64,000 bases of DNA. It comes from Candidatus Krumholzibacteriia bacterium. Lineage in GTDB: Bacteria > Krumholzibacteriota > Krumholzibacteriia > JAJRXK01. The stretch lies in assembly GCA_041484665.1 (NCBI GenBank), contig JBGPIA010000007.1, positions 96,001 to 160,000 on the forward strand. The letters are read 5' to 3'. Positions 1 to 9,263 of the stretch are shown here, one piece after another. Made by a program: the position numbers and the translations under genes. The notes under the pieces were generated by a model. That model ran no database searches. It had not been told where the DNA came from and was given only the letters and a program-made list of their open reading frames with translations. The stretch's first letter is position 1. Every line of letters begins with the position of its first letter.

Positions 1-27
1 CCCCGCACCAGACATCCGCCGTTGCCG

Positions 28-60
28 GCCGCTCGTCGGACACACGTCGCCGCCCGTCGG
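28..60 (+). promoter_or_regulatory. Putative LytTR-family binding site (direct repeat, 21-bp period)
   Basis: GCCGCTCGTCGG (28-39) and GCCGCCCGTCGG (49-60) lie two helical turns apart, ~90 bp upstream of an operon encoding a LytS/LytTR pair. The core resembles the AlgR-type CCGTTCGTC box. Confidence 0.55.
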
Positions 61-149
61 CCCGGCGCCGCGCGCTGCGCGCGCGGGTCCTAACCTGGCC
101 CCAGCCGAAGTGGCGATCGAGGGGTTGGCAATCGAGAGGAAGGTGCGCC

Positions 150-1301
150 ATGAGAACATCGAGTGGATCCCGTGCGCTGAGACTGCTGGCGTTGGCCATG
201 GCTTGCGCCGTGCCGGGCGGAGCCCCCGCAGCCCACGTTCCTGCCCAAGGCGACGTCGAGGCCTGGATCGCGCGCTGCGCGGGCGCGTGGGCCGGCAATG
301 ACAACACCACTCCGCTGGGACCCATGCCGTTCGCTCTGGTCTTCGACCGCGAGGCCGATGGCAGCTTGCACGCCCACAGCGCGCTGAGCCAGGCAACGTG
401 GGTGGACCTGCGTTTCCACCAGGATGACCACGATCGGTCCGGCGGTTGGCGGCTCACCGAGAGCGCGGCCATGGAAGGGCTCGGTGAGCAGTCGTACACG
501 CTGGCGCCGACCGCGCTGGACCATGGGACCATGATCTGGCAGACGCGAGAGCGGCCCGATTTCCTGCGCTGCGCGATGACGCCCGCAAACGAGACCCTTA
601 CGATGGTCGTGCACCTGCGCGGGCAGGAGCACGTGCGCTTCAACCTGGCGCGGGTCGAAGGCGCCGGCGCCGACCAACTGCGTGAGGCCCTGCGTGCTGC
701 CGCGGCGCGCCCGGCTGGGGAGGCCGGCGGATCGCGGCCGGGCTTCGCGGCGGCCGCGCCCACTTGCGAGAGGCAGGGAGCGGCCACAGCCGCCGGCGGC
801 ACGCAACTGGCAGCGCCCGGCGCCGGCGACGGCTGCAAGGCGGGCGCCACATCGCAAGCGCTCGCAGCGGCACGCGCGGCGGTGCGCGCTCACCCGCAGG
901 ATGCCCCCCTCCACCTGGCGCTGGCGTACGCGCTGGCTGGGCGGATGACATCGACGCCTCCGGCAGAGCTGACCGCGTGCGCCGCCGAGCTGTACGGGGA
1001 GCTGCAGCAAGCGGTGGCGCTCGACCCGCAACTTGCCCAGGCCCACTTCGCGCTGGCGCGGTACTATCTCGAGGCGCCGGCGATCGCCGGGGGCTCGCTG
1101 GATAGGGCCGTGGAATGCGAGCAGACACTGCGCCGGCTCGGATCGCCCCTGGGTGAGGTGGTCGGCGCGTGCATCGAGGCCAAGCAGGGGCGTACGGCGG
1201 ACGCCACGGCGCGGCTGCATCGAATCCTGAGCGAGCATCCGGACCTCGAGGCGGCGCGCACCTGCCTCGAGCGCGTCGCGTCCTCGCCGAGCGCCAACTG
1301 A
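150..1301 (+). CDS. Secreted protein with C-terminal TPR-like region
   Basis: GAGGAAGG RBS, N-terminal signal-peptide-like stretch (RALRLLALAMACA), C-terminal TPR-like helices (AVALDPQLAQAHFALARYYLEAPAIAGG). Confidence 0.75.
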   Translation: MRTSSGSRALRLLALAMACAVPGGAPAAHVPAQGDVEAWIARCAGAWAGNDNTTPLGPMPFALVFDREADGSLHAHSALSQATWVDLRFHQDDHDRSGGWRLTESAAMEGLGEQSYTLAPTALDHGTMIWQTRERPDFLRCAMTPANETLTMVVHLRGQEHVRFNLARVEGAGADQLREALRAAAARPAGEAGGSRPGFAAAAPTCERQGAATAAGGTQLAAPGAGDGCKAGATSQALAAARAAVRAHPQDAPLHLALAYALAGRMTSTPPAELTACAAELYGELQQAVALDPQLAQAHFALARYYLEAPAIAGGSLDRAVECEQTLRRLGSPLGEVVGACIEAKQGRTADATARLHRILSEHPDLEAARTCLERVASSPSAN

Positions 1302-1396
1302 ACGGCGGCGGCGCGAGCACGCCGCTAGGGCGACCGGGTCCGCGCAGCACGGCGGATCGGCATCGACTCAAGACCGCCCCGGGGAAGGACCGCGCC

Positions 1397-2536
1397 ATGA
1401 TCGAGGAGCCGCTGCGACGGCAGACCGCCAGGCACTGCGGGGAAGCGACCGGCGGGGGGGCGCCGCTGCGCACCCCCCCGCGCGGATCGCGCCGCCGCTC
1501 GCTCGTCTCGGCAGCCGGGCTCTACCTGCTGGTGCCGGCATTCCTCACGGTCATTTTCCTGCAGAACCAGAGCGGACCGACGCTGCACGCCGTCGCCCTG
1601 TCCTACCTGGCCAACCTGATCATCACGCTGTGCATCGGCCTCCCGATCACGGGTCTGTGCACGTGGGTGCCCTGCCGTCTGCGCGCCGATGCCTGGCCCG
1701 GATGGGCCCGCCTGCTGACCTACGCCGGGCTGGTGATCCTGGGCGTGGCGGTGGGCGGCGAGGTGGCGCTGCAGCTCTTGCGGCGCCTGTTCCACCTGGC
1801 TACGCTCGCGAACCTGCGGCTGGAGATCTACCGCATCGGGCTCGTGGTCAGCGCGACGATCGTCGGGGCGCGCTACGCCTATGAGCAGCTCCGCCGGCGC
1901 GCCCGCGACGTGGAGCTGCGCGAGGAGAGTGCGCGGCGCGAGGCGCTGCGCGCGCAGCTTGCGGCGCTGCAGGCGCGCACCGACCCGCACTTCCTGTACA
2001 ACAGCCTCAACACCGTCGCCGCGCTCATCGAGGAGGACCCCAAACTGGCCGAGCAGGCGCTGCAGAAGCTCTCGGCGCTGTTCCGCTACGCGCTCGACGG
2101 CTCGCGCCTGCCGCAGGTGACGCTCGGCCAGGAGGTGCGCGCGGTGTCCGACTACCTCGCGTTCCAAGCGCTCCGCTTCGGCGACCGCCTGCGCAGCCGC
2201 ATTGAGGTGGATCCCGAAGCCTCGCCATTGGCGGTTCCGCCGCTCGTGCTCCAACCCCTGGTGGAGAACGCGGTCCACCACGGCATCGCGCCGCGTCGCG
2301 AGGGCGGCTGCGTGAGTGTGCGCGCCTGGCTGGACGGCGACTCGCTCTTGCTCGAGGTGGAGGACGATGGCAAAGGCCCCGGCGCTTCCGAGCACGCGGG
2401 CTCGCAGACCAGTCTGGCCGACTTGCGCGAGCGGCTGCGCCTGCTCCATGGCGATGCCGCTGCGCTCTCGGCCGGCGCCGCCGTGGGCGGAGGCTACTGC
2501 GTGCGCGTGCGGCTGCCGCGGATCGCGACGCCATGA
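1397..2536 (+). CDS. LytS/AlgZ-family sensor histidine kinase
   Basis: About four TM helices, H-box QARTDPHFLYNSLN, LQPLVENAVHHG, EDDGKG. ATG at 1397 follows GAAGGA. Stop overlaps the next start (ATGA). Confidence 0.9.
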   Translation: MIEEPLRRQTARHCGEATGGGAPLRTPPRGSRRRSLVSAAGLYLLVPAFLTVIFLQNQSGPTLHAVALSYLANLIITLCIGLPITGLCTWVPCRLRADAWPGWARLLTYAGLVILGVAVGGEVALQLLRRLFHLATLANLRLEIYRIGLVVSATIVGARYAYEQLRRRARDVELREESARREALRAQLAALQARTDPHFLYNSLNTVAALIEEDPKLAEQALQKLSALFRYALDGSRLPQVTLGQEVRAVSDYLAFQALRFGDRLRSRIEVDPEASPLAVPPLVLQPLVENAVHHGIAPRREGGCVSVRAWLDGDSLLLEVEDDGKGPGASEHAGSQTSLADLRERLRLLHGDAAALSAGAAVGGGYCVRVRLPRIATP

Positions 2537-3288
2537 GCGATACTTTGCGCGTGCTGGTGGTCGACGACGAGCCGCTCGCTCGCCGGCGGCTGCTGCGCAT
2601 GCTCGGGCGCATTCCCGGCGTCGAGGTCGTGGGCGAGGCGGGCGATGGCGATCAGGCCCTGCGGCAGATCCGGGAACTTGCGCCCGACGCCGTGCTGCTG
2701 GACATCCGCATGCCCGGGCTCGACGGCCTCACGCTCGCGACGCAGACCCCTGGTCTGCCGCCGGTGATCTTCACGACCGCCTACGACGAGTACGCGGTGA
2801 GGGCCTTCGAAGCGGCGGCCGTCGATTACTTGCTCAAACCCATCGAGGGGCCGAGGCTGGAGCAGGCCCTCGACCGCGTGCGGCGGCGCAAGCCCTTGGA
2901 TGACCCCGGCAAGCTCGCCACGCTGCTGAGCTCGCTCTTGAGCAGTCGCGCGCCCATGGAATCTCCACGCATCACCGCCCGACTGGGATCTGCCCTGCGT
3001 GTGTTCGACGCCCGCGCCATCACTCGGTTCCACGCCGCCGACAAGTGCACGCTGTTCAAGCATGGCGGCAAAGAGTACGTGCTCGACGACAGCCTGGACG
3101 CCCTCGAGCAGCGCCTGGCGCCGGCCGGCTTTCTGCGCGTGCACCGCGCCGAGCTGATCAACCTCGAGCACGTGACGGCGCTGCGCGCGTACGATGGCGG
3201 GTGGATCGTCGAGCTGACCGACGATCAGACCGCACCCGTCAGTCGCCGCCATGCGCCCGCGCTCAAGCAGAGGCTTGGGATTGTCTGA
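2533..3288 (+). CDS. LytTR-family response regulator
   Basis: Receiver motifs VDDEPLAR, LLDIRMP, FTTAY, LLKP; LytTR domain motifs FLRVHRAELINL and PVSRR. Confidence 0.93.
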   Translation: MSDTLRVLVVDDEPLARRRLLRMLGRIPGVEVVGEAGDGDQALRQIRELAPDAVLLDIRMPGLDGLTLATQTPGLPPVIFTTAYDEYAVRAFEAAAVDYLLKPIEGPRLEQALDRVRRRKPLDDPGKLATLLSSLLSSRAPMESPRITARLGSALRVFDARAITRFHAADKCTLFKHGGKEYVLDDSLDALEQRLAPAGFLRVHRAELINLEHVTALRAYDGGWIVELTDDQTAPVSRRHAPALKQRLGIV

Positions 3289-3470
3289 CGGCGGCCTGTT
3301 GCGCGCCTCGCGGTTGCACTACACTGGACAGGGCGCCCCGCACTGCCCCCTCGGTTGCCTGGGCGCCGCGCCCTGCGAGGATCGTCACGCCCTTCCGAGA
3401 TCCGCCCGGTCCAAGGCCCCCGCGCCCGATCGCGTGTCGCGCCGCAGCCACGCTGGTCGCCACGATCAGC

Positions 3471-6400
3471 GTGATCGCGGGTGCGCTCGCGGCGACGGCC
3501 TTTGCGCCTTCAGCGCCGGCCCCCACCAGCAGCTCCCAGGCGACTGCGGACGCGGCCCGGCCTGCGACGGCGGCGACCGTGGACTCTCTGCTGGACCGCG
3601 GCGAATTCCCGCAGGCCGAGCGCGTCGCCCGCGCTGTCCTGGCCGACGCCGAGCGCGATCACGGCCCGGACAGTGCCCAGACGGGGGCCGCCCTCGATGC
3701 ATTGTTGCAGGCCCTGGCGCAGCTCGAGAAGGGGGCCGACGCACAGTCGCAGGCGCTCGCCGCGCGCGCCCTCGCGCTGAAGCAGCGCTTGTACGGCCCG
3801 GACCACGACGAGCTGGCGATCACGCTGACCCGCGCCGGACGCCTGCAGCAGCAGGCCGGCGAGGTGGCCGCGGCCCAAGCCGGGTGGGAGCGTGCGCTGC
3901 ACATCCGGGAGCGTACCCGGGGGCCCGAGAGCCTCGAGGTGGCGCGCCTGCTCTCGAACCTCGGAGCGCTGAAGCTCGCTGCGGACGACTATGCGGGCGC
4001 ACGCGCCGACATGGAGCGCGCGCTCGCGCTCAAGGAGAAGCTGCTCGGGCCGCAGCACCAGAGCGTCGCCGCCACCCTGATCAACCTGGCCCTGCTGCTG
4101 TCCGATCTGGGGGAGTGGGACACGGCACGGCAGGACATGGAGCGCGGGCTGCGCATCGAAGAACAGCTGATGGGGCCCGACCATCCCGACGTTGCCGCCG
4201 ACCGGGGCAACCTCGGCTGGATCCTCATGCAGGAGGGACAGGACGAGGAAGCGCAGGCGAACTTCGAGCGCGCCCTCGCGGTGCAGGAGCGACGCCTGGG
4301 CCCACAGAGCGCTGCCGTGGCTTCCACGCTCACCAACCTCGCCATCGTTCTGGGCAAACGCGGCGACCTCACGCGGGCCCGCTCCATCGACGAGCGCGTG
4401 CTGGCCCTGCGGGAGAAGCTCCAGGGACCACTCCACCGCGACACGGCGGTCGCAGCGACCAACCTCGGAGCAGTGCTCTCTCGCATCGGTGATTACGAGG
4501 CGGCCAGGCGGATGTACGACCGCAGCATCCAGATCATCGAGCAGAGCGAGGGCCCCGAACACACCGACCTCGCCACCAACTTGCTCAACCGCGGCACAGA
4601 CCGCCTCGCCCTGGGCGATCTTCCTGGCGCGCGCTCCGATCTGGAACGGTCGCTCGCGCTGTTCACCAAGAGCCTGGGACCGGAGCACCGCACGCTGGAG
4701 TTCGCGCTGGCGCCCCTGGGGGACTGCGCGATGCTGCAGGGCGATCCGCAGGCAGCCCGGGCGTTCTACGAGCGGGCACTGCAGATCGCGCGCGAAGCCG
4801 GGTCGCGGGAGAAGGCCAGCGAAGCCGGCCCCCTGCGCGGGCTCGCGGCGGTCCTGCTGGCGCAGGGACGCGCGGCCGACGCGGAGCCGTTGCTGCAGCA
4901 AGCGCTCGCGGCGGTGCGGGAGGGGCTGTCTCCCACGCATCCGGCTTCGGCCCGCGCGCTGTTGTCGCTGGCGGATGTCTACGCACGCACCGGTCGGCCC
5001 GAAGCGGCCGTCGATGCCGCGATCGCGGCCGAGCAGATCGCGCGCGAGCACCTGCGCCTGGTCGTCCGCGGCCTGCCCGAGCCCGAGTTGCTCGCGTGCG
5101 TCCGCGCCCGGGCGTCGGGCTTCGATGCCATCGCAACGCTCGCCGCGTCCGATCCAAAGCTTCCGCCCGCAGTCGTGCAACGCGCCTGGGACGCGGTCGT
5201 CCGCTCCCGCGCTCTGGGCCTCGACGAGCTGGCGACGCGGCACGTCCAGATGCAGATGCTCGACGACCCCCAGTCACGGACGCTCGCCGCCACCTACGCC
5301 GATGCCAGCGCGCGCCTGGCAAACCTGCTGGTCCGGGCCCCCCAGGCCGGCAACGAGCACTACCGCAGCGCGGTGGAACACACGCGGGCGGAGCAGGAGT
5401 CCGCCGAGCTCGCGATGCTCTGGCGCAGCGCGCCGCTGCGCGCCCGGTCGCAACGTCAGCAGATCGGCCTCGCAGAGGTGGTTGCCGCGCTCCCCCCGGA
5501 CGCCGCCTTGGTAGCGTACACGCTCTACGAGCCACGGATGGTGTCCAGCTCGACGGGCCTGGGCGCGGCGTGGGGTGCCACGGTTCCGCTCGGCGCGCGA
5601 GGCGCGCCGTCGTACGTGGCGTTCGTGCTCTCCGCGAAGGGGGCTGCGCCGGTGGCCGTGCCGCTGGGCGCCGCGGCGGCGATCGATTCGCTGGTGGGAG
5701 CGTGGCGAGCCGTCGCAGGGCTGCCTCCCAAGGCCGCCGGCGGCTCTGCGCCCGCCGGTCCGGGCCAGGACGCTGAGGCGGCCTGCCGGGCGGCGGGGTT
5801 GGCGCTGGCCGAGCGCGTGTGGACACCCGTGGCTGCCCGTCTGCGCCCGGCGGGCACCGTGTTCGTCGTGCCCGACGGGGAGCTGCACCTCGTCAACCTC
5901 GCCGCGCTGGCAGACAGCAGCGGAACATTCCTGGTCGAGTCCGGCCCCCTGTTGCATGTCCTCTCCGCCGAGCGCGATCTGGTGCCCGTTTCCGAGCCGG
6001 CACCGGCGACCTCCGGGATGCTCGCGCTGGGCGATCCCGACTTCGACGCCCCGTTGACCGTGGAGGCTCCACGGGCGCCCGCTCAGCACGGCGCTGAGCC
6101 CGCACTGCTGGCCTCCGCCAGCTTCCGCGGAGCGGCCCCGCCGTGCGCAACGTTTGCGTCGTTGCGTTGGGGCCGCTTGCGCCAGAGCGGCCGTGAGGTC
6201 GACGATGTCCTGCACCTGTGGCGCGCCGCGGCGCGTAAGCATGCCCGCTCGATCGAAGCCACTCGCAGGGGCGCCGGCCGCCGGGAGCAGGAGCCCGCCG
6301 TGAGACTCACGCGGGCTGCGGCGACGGAAGCCGCCTTCAAGCGCGAGGCGCCACGCTACCGGATGTTGCATGTGGCAACGCACGCCTTCTTCGTCGCAGG

Positions 6401-6950
6401 CAGCTGTGCGATTGCATCGCCGGGGCAACGCGGTATCGGAGGGCTGGTTGTGGAGTCTGCCCCGGGGGCGGACGCCGGTTCGCCGGCACAGATCTCTGAG
6501 GGCGACACGCCGGCCAGCGCGCTGCAGCTCGCCGGCTTGGTGCTCGCCGGAGCGAACCACCTAGGCGACGCTCCGGCCGACGGCGAGGATGGGGTCCTGA
6601 GCGTCGAAGAGGCTGCCGTCCTCGATCTGCGCGGTGTCGAGTGGGCGGTGTTCTCCGCGTGCAATACCGGTGTGGGCGCTACGCGAGCGGGAGAGGGCGT
6701 ATTCGGCTTTCGCCGTGCATTCCAGGTCGCGGGTGCGCGCACCCTGATCCTCAGCCTATGGCCCGTGGAGGACGCCGCCACCCGCCGCTGGATGCGCGCG
6801 CTCTACGAAGCTCGTCTCGAAGGCGGCCTGAGCACGGCCGAAGCGGTCCGCGCCGCCAGCCTGCGCATCTTGCAAGAGCGTCGCCACGATGGAGACAGCA
6901 CCCATCCGTTCTATTGGGCCGGTTTCCTCGCCTCGGGAGATTGGCGCTAG
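3471..6950 (+). CDS. TPR-repeat CHAT-domain (caspase/separase-like) protease; start uncertain (~3290-3471)
   Basis: About ten kinesin-light-chain-type TPRs (ERALALKEKLLGPQH), then a CHAT domain: VVPDGELHLVNL, catalytic His in LHVATHA, catalytic Cys in FSACNTG, LSLWPV, HPFYWAGF. The hydrophobic N-terminus suggests export. Confidence 0.88.
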   Translation: MIAGALAATAFAPSAPAPTSSSQATADAARPATAATVDSLLDRGEFPQAERVARAVLADAERDHGPDSAQTGAALDALLQALAQLEKGADAQSQALAARALALKQRLYGPDHDELAITLTRAGRLQQQAGEVAAAQAGWERALHIRERTRGPESLEVARLLSNLGALKLAADDYAGARADMERALALKEKLLGPQHQSVAATLINLALLLSDLGEWDTARQDMERGLRIEEQLMGPDHPDVAADRGNLGWILMQEGQDEEAQANFERALAVQERRLGPQSAAVASTLTNLAIVLGKRGDLTRARSIDERVLALREKLQGPLHRDTAVAATNLGAVLSRIGDYEAARRMYDRSIQIIEQSEGPEHTDLATNLLNRGTDRLALGDLPGARSDLERSLALFTKSLGPEHRTLEFALAPLGDCAMLQGDPQAARAFYERALQIAREAGSREKASEAGPLRGLAAVLLAQGRAADAEPLLQQALAAVREGLSPTHPASARALLSLADVYARTGRPEAAVDAAIAAEQIAREHLRLVVRGLPEPELLACVRARASGFDAIATLAASDPKLPPAVVQRAWDAVVRSRALGLDELATRHVQMQMLDDPQSRTLAATYADASARLANLLVRAPQAGNEHYRSAVEHTRAEQESAELAMLWRSAPLRARSQRQQIGLAEVVAALPPDAALVAYTLYEPRMVSSSTGLGAAWGATVPLGARGAPSYVAFVLSAKGAAPVAVPLGAAAAIDSLVGAWRAVAGLPPKAAGGSAPAGPGQDAEAACRAAGLALAERVWTPVAARLRPAGTVFVVPDGELHLVNLAALADSSGTFLVESGPLLHVLSAERDLVPVSEPAPATSGMLALGDPDFDAPLTVEAPRAPAQHGAEPALLASASFRGAAPPCATFASLRWGRLRQSGREVDDVLHLWRAAARKHARSIEATRRGAGRREQEPAVRLTRAAATEAAFKREAPRYRMLHVATHAFFVAGSCAIASPGQRGIGGLVVESAPGADAGSPAQISEGDTPASALQLAGLVLAGANHLGDAPADGEDGVLSVEEAAVLDLRGVEWAVFSACNTGVGATRAGEGVFGFRRAFQVAGARTLILSLWPVEDAATRRWMRALYEARLEGGLSTAEAVRAASLRILQERRHDGDSTHPFYWAGFLASGDWR

Positions 6951-7660
6951 CGCACCGGACGCGGCACGCGAGGGGCACCCGGCCCATTGGGAGCGTCACG
7001 CTCGCCCGGTGTACCGGGTTCGCCCCCCCGCTCGCCCCGCGGCTCCCCGAGGAACTCACGCAGCTGCTTCACGTGCTCCCACATGTCGCGCTTGCGGCGC
7101 GGATCGCGCAGCAAGAACGCCGGGTGGTAAAGCACCATGAACTGGATGCCGGGATAGCCCGCCAGCGTGAAGAAGCGCCCCGCCTCGCGCTCCATACTGA
7201 TCTCGCCGTGGTCGGGGTCCATCCACTTGAGGGCCACGGCGCCCAGCAGCAGGACCACCTTCGGCTTCACCAGCTCGATCTGGCGCTCCAGGAACGGCCG
7301 GCAGGTTCGCGCCTCCTCGGAGCTGGGCGCGCGGTCGGTCTCTGGCATGCACTTCACGACGTTGGTGATGAGCATGTCGCGGTTGGTGTCCAGCCCGATG
7401 GCCGCCATGATCTTGTCGAGCAGCTCGCCGGCGCGCCCCACGAATGCCTGCCCGGTGGCGTCTTCATTGGCGCCCGGGCGCTCGCTCACGATCAGGATCG
7501 GCGCGTGGGGATTCCCGCGGTCCAGGACGATCTTCGACCTCGCGCGGCACAGGGAGCACCGCCGGCAGTCGTAGGCGCGCAGCGCCGCCGCGAATGCGGC
7601 GTAGTCGGCCGCGGCGAGAACGGCGTTGTATCCTTGATCGAACAGATCTACCTGGGGCAC
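6947..7660 (-). CDS. udg: Uracil-DNA glycosylase, family 4 (Fe-S)
   Basis: CRRCSLC, SERPGANEDATGQAFVGRAG, TNVVKC, YHPAFLLR. Confidence 0.9.
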   Translation of the reverse strand: MPQVDLFDQGYNAVLAAADYAAFAAALRAYDCRRCSLCRARSKIVLDRGNPHAPILIVSERPGANEDATGQAFVGRAGELLDKIMAAIGLDTNRDMLITNVVKCMPETDRAPSSEEARTCRPFLERQIELVKPKVVLLLGAVALKWMDPDHGEISMEREAGRFFTLAGYPGIQFMVLYHPAFLLRDPRRKRDMWEHVKQLREFLGEPRGERGGEPGTPGERDAPNGPGAPRVPRPVR

Positions 7661-7793
7661 GGCCTGCGCTCCGCAGTGTTCGTCTGGCCCGGGGACCGGG
7701 GCAGCACACCGCTGGAAAGCGTACGCCTTACCCCGGACGGGTCAAGTGCGCGGGGAAGGCGCGCTCCGCGGCGCATTCCCCCGCGCGGCCGGG

Positions 7794-8465
7794 TTAGAGG
7801 CCGATGAGGCGGAAGCGCACGGGGCGCGATGCAGGGCCCTGCGCTCCACCGGCCTGCGGGACGACGATCCAGTAGCCCTCCGTGACGCCCTCCCACGCAA
7901 CGGCTTGCGCGGGCAGCACGTAGGTGGTGTCGGAGGTCACAGCATCGTGCAGCAGTCGCGCTCGTCCGTCAAAGAGACGGAACCGGTACGATTCTGCCAG
8001 CGGGTCGCGCGTCCAGGTGAAGCGCGCGGGCGGCTCGGCCAGATCCCCGCTCTGCGCGAGGCCGACAACCGTCGCGCCGGAGCCGCGCAGCACCGGGGGC
8101 TTGCGCTGTGGCTGGGAGACCAGCCGCGGCAGCAGGAACAGGAGCAGCACGAGCGAAGCCGCCAGCGGCAGCACCACCCGCAGCTGCAGCAGCGCGATGC
8201 GCCGCCTTGGCGTGGGTGCGGTCTCTCGCGCTTGCGGGCGGATCGCCGAACCTGCATGGGGCAGGGGGCGCTGCGCCGCCTCGCGGAAGACTCCGCGCAA
8301 ATTGAGCTCGGCGTACAGCGCCGCGGACATGGCATCATCGGCGAGCACGCGCCGCTCCAGCTCCTCGCGTTCCGGAAGCGTCAGGCGCCCTTCCACGTAG
8401 TCCGCGATGCGAGCGGCGTCCTGCTCGGGGATCCCCGGCCGCTCGTCGTTTCCCGCATCAGTCAT
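7794..8465 (-). CDS. Putative membrane-anchored anti-sigma factor
   Basis: Start overlaps the ECF sigma stop (ATGA). N-terminal anti-sigma-like helices (IADYVEGRLTLPEREELERRV), one TM segment (VVLPLAASLVLLLFLL), then a VLRG motif and a small beta-rich extracytoplasmic domain. Confidence 0.75.
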   Translation of the reverse strand: MTDAGNDERPGIPEQDAARIADYVEGRLTLPEREELERRVLADDAMSAALYAELNLRGVFREAAQRPLPHAGSAIRPQARETAPTPRRRIALLQLRVVLPLAASLVLLLFLLPRLVSQPQRKPPVLRGSGATVVGLAQSGDLAEPPARFTWTRDPLAESYRFRLFDGRARLLHDAVTSDTTYVLPAQAVAWEGVTEGYWIVVPQAGGAQGPASRPVRFRLIGL

Positions 8466-9082
8466 ACCAGCACTCCCCTGCTGTGGAGGATCGAGCGCAG
8501 CCGCTCGCGGCAGCGGTAGATCCGCCGGTACAGCACCGCCTCCTGCAGCCCCTCGCGCTGCGCGATCGCGGCCGGCTTGTCGCCGTCCACGATCCCCCGC
8601 AGGTATCGACCGCACGTCTCGCTTTCTGCACCGAGGACGTCGAGCGCCTCGTGCAGCAGGCGGGCCGTCTCCCCGCTCTCGAGCGACTCGAGCGGGGTGG
8701 GCTCCGGCCGCCCGCGCGCGGCATCCTGGAGCTGGTGGTGAGCCTGCGACGTGGGATCGGACGCCCGCCGGCGCGTGCGCTCGCGCTGGTAATAGTTGCC
8801 GATCGTGTTGCGCAGCACCTGGAAGCACCACGCGAGCGACGGCTCGTCTTCGAGCATGGCACCGGGGCCGGCCGCCGCGCCCTTCTCCACCACGATCACG
8901 AGCGCCTCCTGGACAAGATCCTCCGCGGTGGCCCGCGGGACCCTTCGGGCGGCGATGGCGAGAAATCGGGCGCGCAGCTGGTCGAGCCACTCCTCGTGGT
9001 GGCCGCGCTCCCGTGCAGTGGAGGTGTTTGCCGGCAAGGCAGGATCTCCCGTCGGGACTGGCGAACGGGCGCTTGTGGCCAT
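8462..9082 (-). CDS. ECF-subfamily RNA polymerase sigma factor
   Basis: Region 2 motifs AEDLVQEAL and AWCFQVLRN; region 4 HTH (AAIAQREGLQEAVLYRRIYRCRERLR). About 206 aa. Confidence 0.85.
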   Translation of the reverse strand: MATSARSPVPTGDPALPANTSTARERGHHEEWLDQLRARFLAIAARRVPRATAEDLVQEALVIVVEKGAAAGPGAMLEDEPSLAWCFQVLRNTIGNYYQRERTRRRASDPTSQAHHQLQDAARGRPEPTPLESLESGETARLLHEALDVLGAESETCGRYLRGIVDGDKPAAIAQREGLQEAVLYRRIYRCRERLRSILHSRGVLV

Positions 9083-9263
9083 GACCGCGCAGGCACCCCG
9101 GAGCCGGTCCCTCCGGATGCGCAGTGTAGCGGGAGTACGGGGGGCGGGAAAGGGACGACCCGGCCCATCCGGCAAGCACACTGCACGGGCACAGGCGGGT
9201 CGACCCGCAGCGCGCGCAGGAGCGTTGGCTGGCGCGGCCCGGCCGCGAGGGCGTAGCGTCCGG

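Noticed and set aside
3471..6950. Craspase or other anti-phage CHAT defence system
   Set aside because: No Cas7-11, gasdermin or STAND NTPase nearby. The export-like N-terminus and ECF pair suggest signalling.
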